NCBI GenBank assembly: GCA_025055075.1
Contig: JANWYV010000045.1
Span: 22,423 to 86,422, forward strand
DNA from: Blastocatellia bacterium
GTDB taxonomy: Bacteria > Acidobacteriota > Blastocatellia > HR10
Direction of reading: 5' to 3'
DNA: 64,000 nucleotides
Positions within the stretch are counted from its first letter, which is position 1, and every line of letters begins with the position of its first letter. The position numbers and the translations under genes were made by a program. The notes beneath the pieces were generated by a model, which worked only from the letters and a program-made list of their open reading frames with translations, was not told the DNA's origin and did no database searches. Shown here piece after piece: positions 1-9,123 of this stretch.

Positions 1-38
1 GGTCAACTGAGCGCTCCAGCGCTTCAGCTCTCGAGTCA
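1..38 (-). CDS. 5' end of a leftward gene running off the window (about 12 codons visible, product unknown)
   Basis: A minus-strand ATG at 38 begins [12 protein letters not shown]. An AAGGAGGA Shine-Dalgarno sits about 8 nt upstream (plus coordinates ~47-54). The frame stays open to the window edge. Confidence 0.3.
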
Positions 39-139
39 TCTTTGCCCTCCTCCTTCGATCTCGCGAAGGTCACGTGATTATAGCGCCCGCGAGCGGAGAA
101 AAAAAGCGCCGGTTCGCGCCGCGCGCTCACGCGGACAAG

Positions 140-916
140 ATGGACTTTGCTAAAATAGGGGCCGTGAATGAAGGGGTACTCACGGAGTTGCTGCTCGCGT
201 TTCGACGGGGAGAGGTGACGCTCGAAGACGTCCTCGCACGGCTTCGCCACCTCCCTTACGAAGACCTCGGTTTCGCCAAGCCGGATCACCACAGACATCT
301 GCGGCAAGGTTTTCCCGAAGTCGTCTTCGGCCAAGGGAAAACGCCCGAGCAAATCGCCGCGATCGTCGCTCGGCTTTTGGCGCACAGCGCCTTAGCGCTG
401 GTGACGCGGACGGATGAGGCCGCCTATGCGGCCGTTCGACGCATTGCCCCAGAGGCCGTCTATCACGCGCAGGCGCGAATGATCACTATTCGGCGCGGGG
501 AACCTCCCGAGCCCCAAGGATTGATCGCCGTCGTCTCTGCGGGAACGGCGGACATTCCCGTCGCCGAAGAAGCGGCGGTCACGGCCGAGGCGTTGGGGAA
601 TCGCGTTGAGCGATTTTATGACGTCGGCGTCGCCGGGCTGCATCGGCTGCTCAGCGTCTATGAGCGTCTGCAGGCCGCGCGCGTCATCGTCTGCGTCGCC
701 GGCATGGAGGGCGCCTTGCCGAGCGTCGTCGGGGGACTAGTGAGCGTCCCCGTCATCGCCGTTCCAACCAGCATCGGCTATGGCGTCGGTCAAGGCGGCG
801 TGGCCGCTCTCCTCGGTATGTTGAACAGTTGTTCCGCGAACGTCGTCGTCGTCAACATTGACAACGGCTTCGGCGCGGGCTTTGTCGCTAGCCTCATCAA
901 TCGAAAAGCCCATTAA
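140..916 (+). CDS. larB: LarB-like PurE/AIR-carboxylase-fold protein (nickel-pincer cofactor biosynthesis carboxylase/hydrolase family, COG1691)
   Basis: Track ORF 74..916 (GTG) is trimmed to ATG 140. It has a PurE-like fold with LarB-type motifs ([35 protein letters not shown]). Confidence 0.65.
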   Translation: MDFAKIGAVNEGVLTELLLAFRRGEVTLEDVLARLRHLPYEDLGFAKPDHHRHLRQGFPEVVFGQGKTPEQIAAIVARLLAHSALALVTRTDEAAYAAVRRIAPEAVYHAQARMITIRRGEPPEPQGLIAVVSAGTADIPVAEEAAVTAEALGNRVERFYDVGVAGLHRLLSVYERLQAARVIVCVAGMEGALPSVVGGLVSVPVIAVPTSIGYGVGQGGVAALLGMLNSCSANVVVVNIDNGFGAGFVASLINRKAH

Positions 917-928
917 GGAGGATTGCCC

Positions 929-3900
929 ATGCAGATCACAAAACGCGAGAAACGATTCGTCGGACATGGTGTACTGCGAATCCTGGGGCTGTCCATGATC
1001 GCGCTTCTGCTTCTTCTGCTTGTGGGGATTCCAGCAGCCCGCGGGCAGGGGCAGAGCGATCTTCGGCAGATCACCGGAGAGTTGTTTAAGAGCCTGGAGT
1101 TCCGCAACATCGGACCGGCCATCATGGGCGGCCGCATTGACGATGTCGCCGTCGTCGAGAGCGATCCCCGTATCATCTACATGGCAACAGCCTCCGGCGG
1201 CGTATGGAAGACGACGAACAGCGGCACCACCTGGGAGCCAATTTTCGACAACGAAGCCGTCAGCTCGATTGGCGATGTCACCGTCGCTCCTTCCAACCCC
1301 AACATCGTGTGGGTCGGCACAGGGGAACCCAACAACCGACAGAGCTCCTCATGGGGCAACGGCGTCTACAAATCGCTTGATGGCGGGAAAACCTGGCAGC
1401 ACATGGGACTGAGCGATACCCATCACATCGGACGCATTGTCATTGATCCGACGAATCCGGACATCGTCTACGTGGCGGCGCTCGGTCGCCTGTGGGGGCC
1501 GAATCGCGAACGCGGACTCTTCAAGACGACCGACGGAGGGAAGACCTGGACGTGCGTGCTCTTCATCAACGAGGACACGGGCGTTGTGGACGTCGCTATG
1601 GATCCGCAGAGCCCCAACATCCTGTACGCCGCCGCATATCAGCGCCGACGCACGGCTTATGGATTTAACGGCGGCGGACCGCACAGCGGGCTCTACAAGT
1701 CCGTGGATGGTGGCGCGACATGGCAGAAACTCACGCGAGGGTTGCCGACGGGCGACACCGGACGCATCGGCCTGGACATCTATCGGCGCGATCCTCGCAT
1801 CGTGTACGCCATCATCGAGAACAAAAACGGGGGCGTCTTCCGCTCGGAAGATCGCGGAGAGACCTGGACGAGGATGAGCGACGTCAATCCGCGTCCCTCC
1901 TATTACAGCAAGATCCGCATCGATCCCAACAACGATCAGCGCATTTGGGTCATGGGCGCGTCCATGTACTATTCCGAAGATGGCGGACGGACGTTTCGCA
2001 CCAATTGGGTCACGCGCATCCACGGCGATTTCCATGCCATGTGGATCAACCCAGCGAATTCGGATCACATCGTCCTCGGATCCGACGGTGGCATTCACAT
2101 CAGCTACGATCGGGGACGAACGTGGGACTTCATCAACACGTTGCCGCTCGGGCAGTTCTACGAGATTTGTTACGACATGCGCAAGCCCTACTACGTCTAC
2201 GGGGGGCTTCAAGACAACGGCAGCTGGATGGGCCCCAGCCGCACGCTCTATACCGTTGGCATCACCAACGAGGACTGGATTCGCATCGGGGGTGGCGATG
2301 GCTTCTACGTGCAGGTGGACCCGACCGATCACAACATCCTCTACGTGGAATCCCAGAACGGCAACATCACGCGCCTGCACCTGAACACGGGGGAGCGTCG
2401 CATGATTCGTCCGGAGCCGAAGCCCGGCCAGCCTCGGTATCGGTTCGATTGGAATTCCCCCATCCTCATCTCCCCGCATGATCCGAAGACGATCTATTTC
2501 GGCGGGAACCGACTCTTCATCTCCCGAGATCGTGGCGAGACGTGGACGGAGACCGAGGACCTGACGACGCAGCCAGATCGGGACAAGATGCCAATCATGG
2601 GTGTGATTCCCGGTCCGGACACGCTCTCGCGCCACGATGGCGTGGAGACCTACGGGCAGATCACGACCATCTCGGAATCGCCCCTGCGAGCGGGGATCCT
2701 CTGGGTGGGGACCGATGATGGGAATGTCCAGGTCTCGCGCGATGGCGGCCGAACGTGGGAGAATGTCGTCGGCAACATCCCGGGTGTTCCGAAGAACACC
2801 TATGTGAGCCGCGTCGTCGCCTCGCGCTCGGGTGAGGGCGTCGCCTACGTCACGTTCGATGGACACCGCAGCAATGACTTCACGCCCTACGTCTACATGA
2901 CGACCGACTTCGGGAAGACGTGGAAATCGCTGCGAAGCAACCTGCCGGATGGACACCCCATCAACGTCATTCGCGAGCATCCTCGGAATCCGAATCTGCT
3001 CTTCGTGGGAACGGAGTTCGGTTTGTTCATCTCCTTCGATCGAGGCGGGCGATGGATTCGATTCAAGAACAATCTGCCGACCGTTCCGGTGGATGACATT
3101 CAGATCCATCCGCGCGAGAACGATCTTATCCTGGGGACGCACGGGCGCAGCATCTTCATCCTGGACGACATCACGCCGCTCGAGCAACTTTCGCCGAGCG
3201 TCTTGGACTCGGACCTGCACGTCTTCGATATCCGACCGGCGACGATGTACCGACTCTACAACCACAAGGGCAATACGGGGCACAAGTTCTTCATCGCGCC
3301 GAATCCGCCTTATGGAGCGATCATCCACTACTATCTGAAGACCTCGCCCGGCGAGAGGGAAGAGGTGAAGATCACGATTCTCGATCGAGAAGGCCGAGTG
3401 ATCCGCGAGCTGCGCGGGTCTAAGGTTGTAGGGATTAATCGCGTCGCCTGGGATTTGCGCCATGAACCTCCGGTGCGCGCGGAAGCCGAGCCGCCGGCCG
3501 GACCGCCCGGCGCGCCGCAAGGGCCGTTCGTGCTCCCAGGCGAGTACACGGTGCGTGTTTCCGTCGGCAATCGGCAAATGAGCAAGACCGTGCGCGTGGA
3601 GGAGGATCCTCGAATTCAGATCAGCGATGATGAGCTTCGCGCTCACCGCGAGGCCTGGCACCGCGTGGGACGTCTCTACGCGTCAGCCGATACGGCACGC
3701 CGCCGCGTCGTCGAATTACGGAATCGCGTCAACGAATGGGCCGAGAGCCTGAAGCGGCAGACGAATGTGCCGCCATCCGTACAAACGGCCGCGACTTCCC
3801 TGCTCCAAGAATTGGATGAGATTCGGGATCAGTTCGTCCCGCGGCCGCGCCCGCTGGGATTTGCTGGTCCCGATCTGCCGGGGACGCCGCGCCCGATCGT

Positions 3901-4120
3901 CGGACGTCTGGCGCAACTCTATTCGGCCATCGGCTCGTTCACGGCGCGACCGACGCCGCGACAGGCGGAGATGATCGAAGAGCTAGCGCAAGAACTCGCG
4001 CAACTTGTGGATCGCCTCAATCGCATCATCGAGGAGAAGATCCCGAACCTCAATCGGCAACTGCGGGAGAGCAATATCCCGCATCTCGCTCCGGGGGATC
4101 GCATCACCATACCGCGTTAA
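929..4120 (+). CDS. Exported BNR/Asp-box repeat protein, sortilin/VPS10- or GH74-like double beta-propeller
   Basis: About 1063 aa. AAGGAGG lies 7 nt upstream of ATG 929. There is an N-terminal signal/anchor (LSMIALLLLLLVGIPAA). Asp-box motifs S-x-D-x-G-x-T-W recur (TNSGTTW, SLDGGKTW, TTDGGKTW, SVDGGATW, SEDRGETW, SRDRGETW, SRDGGRTW, TTDFGKTW). Confidence 0.8.
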   Translation: MQITKREKRFVGHGVLRILGLSMIALLLLLLVGIPAARGQGQSDLRQITGELFKSLEFRNIGPAIMGGRIDDVAVVESDPRIIYMATASGGVWKTTNSGTTWEPIFDNEAVSSIGDVTVAPSNPNIVWVGTGEPNNRQSSSWGNGVYKSLDGGKTWQHMGLSDTHHIGRIVIDPTNPDIVYVAALGRLWGPNRERGLFKTTDGGKTWTCVLFINEDTGVVDVAMDPQSPNILYAAAYQRRRTAYGFNGGGPHSGLYKSVDGGATWQKLTRGLPTGDTGRIGLDIYRRDPRIVYAIIENKNGGVFRSEDRGETWTRMSDVNPRPSYYSKIRIDPNNDQRIWVMGASMYYSEDGGRTFRTNWVTRIHGDFHAMWINPANSDHIVLGSDGGIHISYDRGRTWDFINTLPLGQFYEICYDMRKPYYVYGGLQDNGSWMGPSRTLYTVGITNEDWIRIGGGDGFYVQVDPTDHNILYVESQNGNITRLHLNTGERRMIRPEPKPGQPRYRFDWNSPILISPHDPKTIYFGGNRLFISRDRGETWTETEDLTTQPDRDKMPIMGVIPGPDTLSRHDGVETYGQITTISESPLRAGILWVGTDDGNVQVSRDGGRTWENVVGNIPGVPKNTYVSRVVASRSGEGVAYVTFDGHRSNDFTPYVYMTTDFGKTWKSLRSNLPDGHPINVIREHPRNPNLLFVGTEFGLFISFDRGGRWIRFKNNLPTVPVDDIQIHPRENDLILGTHGRSIFILDDITPLEQLSPSVLDSDLHVFDIRPATMYRLYNHKGNTGHKFFIAPNPPYGAIIHYYLKTSPGEREEVKITILDREGRVIRELRGSKVVGINRVAWDLRHEPPVRAEAEPPAGPPGAPQGPFVLPGEYTVRVSVGNRQMSKTVRVEEDPRIQISDDELRAHREAWHRVGRLYASADTARRRVVELRNRVNEWAESLKRQTNVPPSVQTAATSLLQELDEIRDQFVPRPRPLGFAGPDLPGTPRPIVGRLAQLYSAIGSFTARPTPRQAEMIEELAQELAQLVDRLNRIIEEKIPNLNRQLRESNIPHLAPGDRITIPR

Positions 4121-4138
4121 CAGATCCGATGGCCCCTG

Positions 4139-4178
4139 ATAGCTCGGGCTGAGGTGAGAACGCCTCGGCCCGAGCTAT
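4139..4178. terminator. Bidirectional terminator-like hairpin between convergent genes
   Basis: Inverted repeat ATAGCTCGGGCTGAGG / CCTCGGCCCGAGCTAT forms a roughly 15-bp stem with one mismatch and an 8-nt loop. It sits between the stop at 4120 (+) and the stop at 4209 (-). Confidence 0.5.
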
Positions 4179-4208
4179 GTGCACTCGCCTGATGTAAGGG
4201 GGCGGCCA

Positions 4209-5414
4209 TCAATACTGATTCGGATCTGTGAGCCGTACCGTTCCGACCAAATATCCACTGGCGCCACTGCTCCCGCGAGCTGGGCGCGCAGCCGGAGCGC
4301 CAGCGATGGCCCCAGGCAACCGCATGGGAATGAAGCGTCCGAAGACAGAATGCCCGTTGCTGCCCTCGATGAAGAAGGCTCCGAGATTGGCCACGCGGAT
4401 CGTCGTCCGTCCCCCACGCGAGGGCGTCGTAGGGTCGAAGAGGACGATGGGAACGATGCGCGGACTCTCATTTGGCGGATAGCGATCGCTCCACACGTAC
4501 CATTGGCGCGTCACCGGATCCCTTCGGAGCTGCGCATTCGGATCTTGAGCGATCAGGGTGCTCACACCCTGGCGCGTGGGACCGACCATGTTCCCCGGCT
4601 CCGTCGTGAGCGTATCCCCGATCCGCACTGTCCCGCCCCACCCATAAACAATATTGTCGCGATACGTATCGGCTCCTCGCCCACCTAAGGCGAGTCCGTA
4701 GAAGTTCCCCGGATACTCTGGCGAATTGCTCTTCAATTCGATGTATCGGCCATCCACATCGCGGGGAGCGATGAAGCCAGTAGGTGACCCAGGCGAACAA
4801 TCGCGATAGACACTCAGGTCTTGCCCCTCGAATTCCGAATCGTACGGCGATTTATAATAGTCGGAGTTGACGGAGATCCCTCGCCACGTGTGGGGATTCG
4901 GATTGAACGGTCCATGATCCCCGTCCATCGGTGTGACGCAGATCCCGCCGTGGCCAAATTGATCCGGCGGGGCCAAAGGACGCCATCCCCCGGTCCCCCC
5001 AATGGCCGGAGCCACAACGGCCGCTGCGCGCACGCGGATATTCGCTTGACGAATTCCGAGGATGATGCCGAAGAACGTGTTCACCGGACGCACGATCTCG
5101 ATTCGAATAACATTGGGCTTTGGGAACGTGATCTCGCTCGGAGAGAGCTGAACGGGCTGTCCAGCGGCCCGATTGCGCGCCGCATACTCGATGGCCAGAC
5201 GCACGGCCGGTCCCGTCGCCGAGTAGTTCCCCGGTTCTTGCATGAGCCCCTGCGCGCCAGCCAACGCGGCGGCATCTACCGCGTTCTGCAATTGCGCGCG
5301 CACGACATAGAGATACCCCGCGTCTACAGCCAGTGTGGTCGCTCCCAAGAGCGCGACCAATCCCACCGTGGTGAGGACGATGATGCTCCCTCGATCATGC
5401 GCTCTTCGCTGCAT
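4209..5414 (-). CDS. TadE/TadG-like (Flp-pilus pseudopilin-type N-terminal domain) protein
   Basis: 401 aa. The N-terminus RGSIIVLTTVGLVALLGATTLAVDAGYLYVVRAQLQNAVDAAALAGAQ matches the TadE/TadG-like domain. The remainder is Gly/Pro-rich and unassigned. Confidence 0.6.
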   Translation of the reverse strand: MQRRAHDRGSIIVLTTVGLVALLGATTLAVDAGYLYVVRAQLQNAVDAAALAGAQGLMQEPGNYSATGPAVRLAIEYAARNRAAGQPVQLSPSEITFPKPNVIRIEIVRPVNTFFGIILGIRQANIRVRAAAVVAPAIGGTGGWRPLAPPDQFGHGGICVTPMDGDHGPFNPNPHTWRGISVNSDYYKSPYDSEFEGQDLSVYRDCSPGSPTGFIAPRDVDGRYIELKSNSPEYPGNFYGLALGGRGADTYRDNIVYGWGGTVRIGDTLTTEPGNMVGPTRQGVSTLIAQDPNAQLRRDPVTRQWYVWSDRYPPNESPRIVPIVLFDPTTPSRGGRTTIRVANLGAFFIEGSNGHSVFGRFIPMRLPGAIAGAPAARPARGSSGASGYLVGTVRLTDPNQY

Positions 5415-5505
5415 GGCGTGCTCCTCCTGCCGGCTCGCTTAGCACCTTCGGGATCTTCCGCAATCGGCCGGGGAGCGTATTTTTCCCATCTCGGCGTCGG
5501 ATTTC

Positions 5506-6873
5506 TCATTGCGCGCGGGCCGAGGGGAAGAGAATTCCACTTCGCTCACCTTCGCCCCGGATCCCCGCGATCGTGAGAAGCGCTCCGCTTGCCGCGACTT
5601 CGTGCACAAGGATCGTCAAGCCCGTCTGGGGATCGGTGAAACTCCGTCCCACGGTCAGGGCCGGATCGAGCCAGGACGCTGTCTCCGGCGTCAGATCAAG
5701 CAGGAAGCTTCCCCCACGCTCACCCGAGATCCCCAAGCGCACGACAACTCCGCGAGAGACATTGGAGTTTCGTGAGAGGAAGCGATCGAAGCCTCTCGGC
5801 AACCGATACTCGACGTAATACCACGCGGCATATCCCACCCCGACGTCCGCGCTTTTGAGGATCTTGAGCGCTTTCGGACCGTCTCCCTCTGCGTGGTAAG
5901 GGGCCAGGCGGAACGCCCCCTCCTCGGTCACGCGAAGGATCTCCTCGCCTTCGCGGAGCCATCCGAGTCGCTCCTTCTGAACAGCGCTCACGTGTCCCGC
6001 TCCCATCCCCATGATGTCGAGCGTATCACCGTATTCGAGGACTTGACACGCTTCCCCGAGCGCAACCCATCCGCATTCGAGCGCATGCGAATGGGAGAGA
6101 CCGAGCCCATGCCCCAACTCGTGAGCTAAAACGTCAAAGGCGAGCGTCCCGTTGATCCACGCCGACGAAGGCGCTCCTCCAAGCGTCCCCAGCCCCCACC
6201 ACGAACATGCGTTTCTGGGAAAGGCGTAGACGAAATGCGCGTATGCGGACAGATCAATCCCAGAGGCTTGGGCGACCGCGTGGGCTTCTTCAGCTAAGCG
6301 AAACGGATCGCACGCCGCAACGCTCATCGGCAGCGTGAACCACCCGAAGACATCGCCCTCTAGCGAGAGCCGTCCATAAGAGTTCTCCCGAAAGAACTCG
6401 GCTACGGTCATTAGCAGCGCGCGTGCCGTCTCAACGGAATAGGGCCGCACGACTCGATCGGAGAAGTTCAACAGAAGTAGCGCGACGCGACGTCGGCCAA
6501 CAGTTTCAGGCAATTGCCGGCCTTGTGCCTCCGATGCTTCCTCAAGGTCTAGGTGTAGGGCGACGATCTGCTTCTCGTGACGAATGCCGCGCACGCGAGC
6601 CCGCATCCCTGTGCGAGCCGAGAACAGCGCCCTCGTATCTCCGCGCAGCCAGAATCGCCGCGCGTCCTGACGTAAGGCATATGACCGACGCGCCCATCCG
6701 AGATGATCCTCCACGAGGATCTCCACGATGCCCTCTTCTACTGAAGGGCTTCCTTGGGAGATCGCTAAGGGTGGATCGCCTCCGACAACCGCCGCTTGAA
6801 GAGAGATGCCGAGAGCGAGCGCAAGGAACATGCCGCGCGCTCGGCGGCTCGATGCTCGTCGTCCAAACGCCAT
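5506..6873 (-). CDS. Secreted zinc metallopeptidase (HEXXH zincin)
   Basis: 455 aa with an N-terminal signal peptide (MFLALALGISLQAAVVG). A HEXXH zinc motif occurs in AHELGHGLGLSHSH. Confidence 0.65.
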   Translation of the reverse strand: MAFGRRASSRRARGMFLALALGISLQAAVVGGDPPLAISQGSPSVEEGIVEILVEDHLGWARRSYALRQDARRFWLRGDTRALFSARTGMRARVRGIRHEKQIVALHLDLEEASEAQGRQLPETVGRRRVALLLLNFSDRVVRPYSVETARALLMTVAEFFRENSYGRLSLEGDVFGWFTLPMSVAACDPFRLAEEAHAVAQASGIDLSAYAHFVYAFPRNACSWWGLGTLGGAPSSAWINGTLAFDVLAHELGHGLGLSHSHALECGWVALGEACQVLEYGDTLDIMGMGAGHVSAVQKERLGWLREGEEILRVTEEGAFRLAPYHAEGDGPKALKILKSADVGVGYAAWYYVEYRLPRGFDRFLSRNSNVSRGVVVRLGISGERGGSFLLDLTPETASWLDPALTVGRSFTDPQTGLTILVHEVAASGALLTIAGIRGEGERSGILFPSARAQ

Positions 6874-7258
6874 ATCCCCCCTCGCTCGATGTGTTCAAGG
6901 GAGGCTGCTTTTGAACGCGCTTCCGCTCAGGCGCTTGAACTCGAACGCTCGCGCGATCAGCTCACGAACACCATCTTCATCAAACGATCAGCGAATGCCC
7001 CGATCCTCCCCATTAGGACGCGCATATTGTACTTCTGCCCCTCTCTCAGATCAATCGGGCTAAAGGCGGATTTCTCTCCGCCGGAAGGGTGGGAAAGATC
7101 CCTCCCCACGCAGGTCGTGCCCCCTCACGGTCATTGTTTGCAGAATGAGCCGCGAAGGGGGTATGCTTGAAGAGAAGCAGCAAAGAAGCCGAGTCCCCCC
7201 GCAGGTAATGTCACCGGCGGATGGGAGACTTTCGGCGAAATGCTGAGAAAAAGCGAGC

Positions 7259-9046
7259 GTGGCGCTCGCGTTCGAGAGCGATATGAGGACCTATCGCGTG
7301 ATCACGGAGCCGGCCGAGCTGGAGGCGCTGCGAGAGCGATTGCTTGCAGAGCCTGCGCTCGGCGTGGATACGGAGACAACGGCGCTCGATCCCTATCAGG
7401 GGCGCATCCGCCTGCTGCAGCTTGCCACGCGCAATGAAATCGCTGTGTTGGATCTCTTCGCCCTGGGTGAGCAAGCGTTGGATATGCTGCGCCCGGTTCT
7501 GGAAGGGGAACGACCGGTCAAGGTCCTGCACAATGCGAAATTCGACGCGAAGATGCTCCTGCATCATGCCGGCATTGAGCTGGGACGCCTTTTCGATACA
7601 ATGCTCGCCTCACAACTGGTGGCCGCTGGCGATATGTCGAAGCGACATGGGCTCGCGGACGTCGCCGAACGCTATTTGCGCGAGCGCGTGGAGAAAACCC
7701 CGCAATTGAGCGATTGGAGCGGAGCGCTCTCTTCGACACAGCTCGACTACGCGGCGCGCGACGTCGAAGTCCTCCTGCCGCTTCGAGAAGTGCTCATTGA
7801 GAAGCTGAAAGAACTCTCGCTCGTTCGCGTCGCGAAACTCGAATTCGAGTGCGTGGTTCCGACGGCTGCCATGGAGTTGGCCGGTATGCCTTTCGACGTG
7901 GAGCGTTGGGAGGCACTAGTTGAGACATGGGAGCAGCGACGCGCCCAACTGGAGGAAGCATTGCGCCACGAATTAGCGCGCGGAGCGCCCCAAGCGAACC
8001 TCTTCGGCCAAGCCGAGATCAACGTGAACAGCCCACATCAAGTTCTGGCCAGCTTGCGTCAGCTTGGCCTCCTCGTCGAGGGCACGAGCGAAGCGGAGCT
8101 TCTGCCCTATCGGGATCACCCAGCGGTCCGGCTCCTGCTGGAATACCGCAGCGTACAGAAGCTGCTCAGCACCTTCGGGCGCGGCTTCCTCGAACATCGG
8201 CATCCGGTGACCGGACGCCTGCATGGCGATTTCCATCAGATCGGGACGCCGACCGGACGCTACAGTTGCAGCGAACCGAACATCCAGCAGGTCCCCAATG
8301 TGCCGGAAATTCGCGCGTGCTTCCGGGCGCCAGCCGGTCGGCGATTGATCGTGGCCGATTATTCGCAAGTCGAGCTGCGCATCCTCGCCGAATTCTCCCA
8401 AGACCCGAAGATGCTCGAAGCCTTCTTGAACGGGCTGGATCTGCATCGAATGACGGCGAGCTGGATGTTCAAAGTCCCTCCGGAGGAGGTCACCAAAGAG
8501 CAACGCGCTATCGCCAAGACGATCAATTTCGGCCTGATGTACGGCATGGGCGCGGCGAGTCTAGCGGCGCGCATTGCAGAAGTTCGCGACGGAGCGAGCG
8601 TCTCACTCACTGAAGCCGAAGCGTTGATCGCCAGCTATTTCGAGATCTATCGAAAAGTGGGTGAGTGGCTGCGGGCGGCCAGCGATACGGCCGTCTCGAT
8701 TCGCCAAAGCCGCTCTCAATCGGGACGCTTATGGCGCTTTCAGTTCGATCCCACAGATCGCGAACAGGTCGCGGCCGTCCACCGATTGGGGAAGAACTTT
8801 CCGATCCAGGGGACGGGCGCCGATATTCTCAAGCGAGCGATGCGGCTCGTGTATGAAGCTCTCCGTCCCTACGACGCGCAGATCGTGAATTCGATCCACG
8901 ATGAGATCGTCGTCGAAGTCGCCGAGGAGCACGCCGAGGAAGTCGCGCATCTGGTGCGTGAGCGCATGATCGCGGCCGGGCGCGAGTTCATCAAAACGGT
9001 TCCCATTGAGGTCGAAGTCGCCATCTCCGAAGCTTGGGTGAAGTGA
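7259..9046 (+). CDS. Family-A DNA polymerase with 3'-5' exonuclease domain and no 5'-3' nuclease domain
   Basis: 595 aa. Exo motifs I (GVDTETT), II (HNAKFD) and III (YAARDVEVL) are present. Pol motifs A (DYSQVELR), B (RAIAKTINFGLMYG) and C (SIHDEIV) are present. The start is GTG 7259 or ATG 7283. Confidence 0.85.
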   Translation: MALAFESDMRTYRVITEPAELEALRERLLAEPALGVDTETTALDPYQGRIRLLQLATRNEIAVLDLFALGEQALDMLRPVLEGERPVKVLHNAKFDAKMLLHHAGIELGRLFDTMLASQLVAAGDMSKRHGLADVAERYLRERVEKTPQLSDWSGALSSTQLDYAARDVEVLLPLREVLIEKLKELSLVRVAKLEFECVVPTAAMELAGMPFDVERWEALVETWEQRRAQLEEALRHELARGAPQANLFGQAEINVNSPHQVLASLRQLGLLVEGTSEAELLPYRDHPAVRLLLEYRSVQKLLSTFGRGFLEHRHPVTGRLHGDFHQIGTPTGRYSCSEPNIQQVPNVPEIRACFRAPAGRRLIVADYSQVELRILAEFSQDPKMLEAFLNGLDLHRMTASWMFKVPPEEVTKEQRAIAKTINFGLMYGMGAASLAARIAEVRDGASVSLTEAEALIASYFEIYRKVGEWLRAASDTAVSIRQSRSQSGRLWRFQFDPTDREQVAAVHRLGKNFPIQGTGADILKRAMRLVYEALRPYDAQIVNSIHDEIVVEVAEEHAEEVAHLVRERMIAAGREFIKTVPIEVEVAISEAWVK

Positions 9047-9123
9047 AGACCGACGCCGGGAGCGCTCGAGCCTTCGGACGCGGTAGAATATCTGACGCCA
9101 CGAATGATCGGGAGGGGGCAGGC

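Noticed and set aside
1349-3661. 770-aa ORF on the minus strand entirely inside the BNR-repeat gene
   Set aside because: It is antisense to a gene with strong, repeated protein motifs. It has no recognisable domains. Long alternate-frame ORFs are expected at this GC content.
6874-7258. tRNA or tmRNA gene in the long intergenic region
   Set aside because: No T-loop-like GTTCGAATC/GTTCAAATCC-type sequence or cloverleaf-compatible inverted repeats were found by eye. Only generic hairpins are present.
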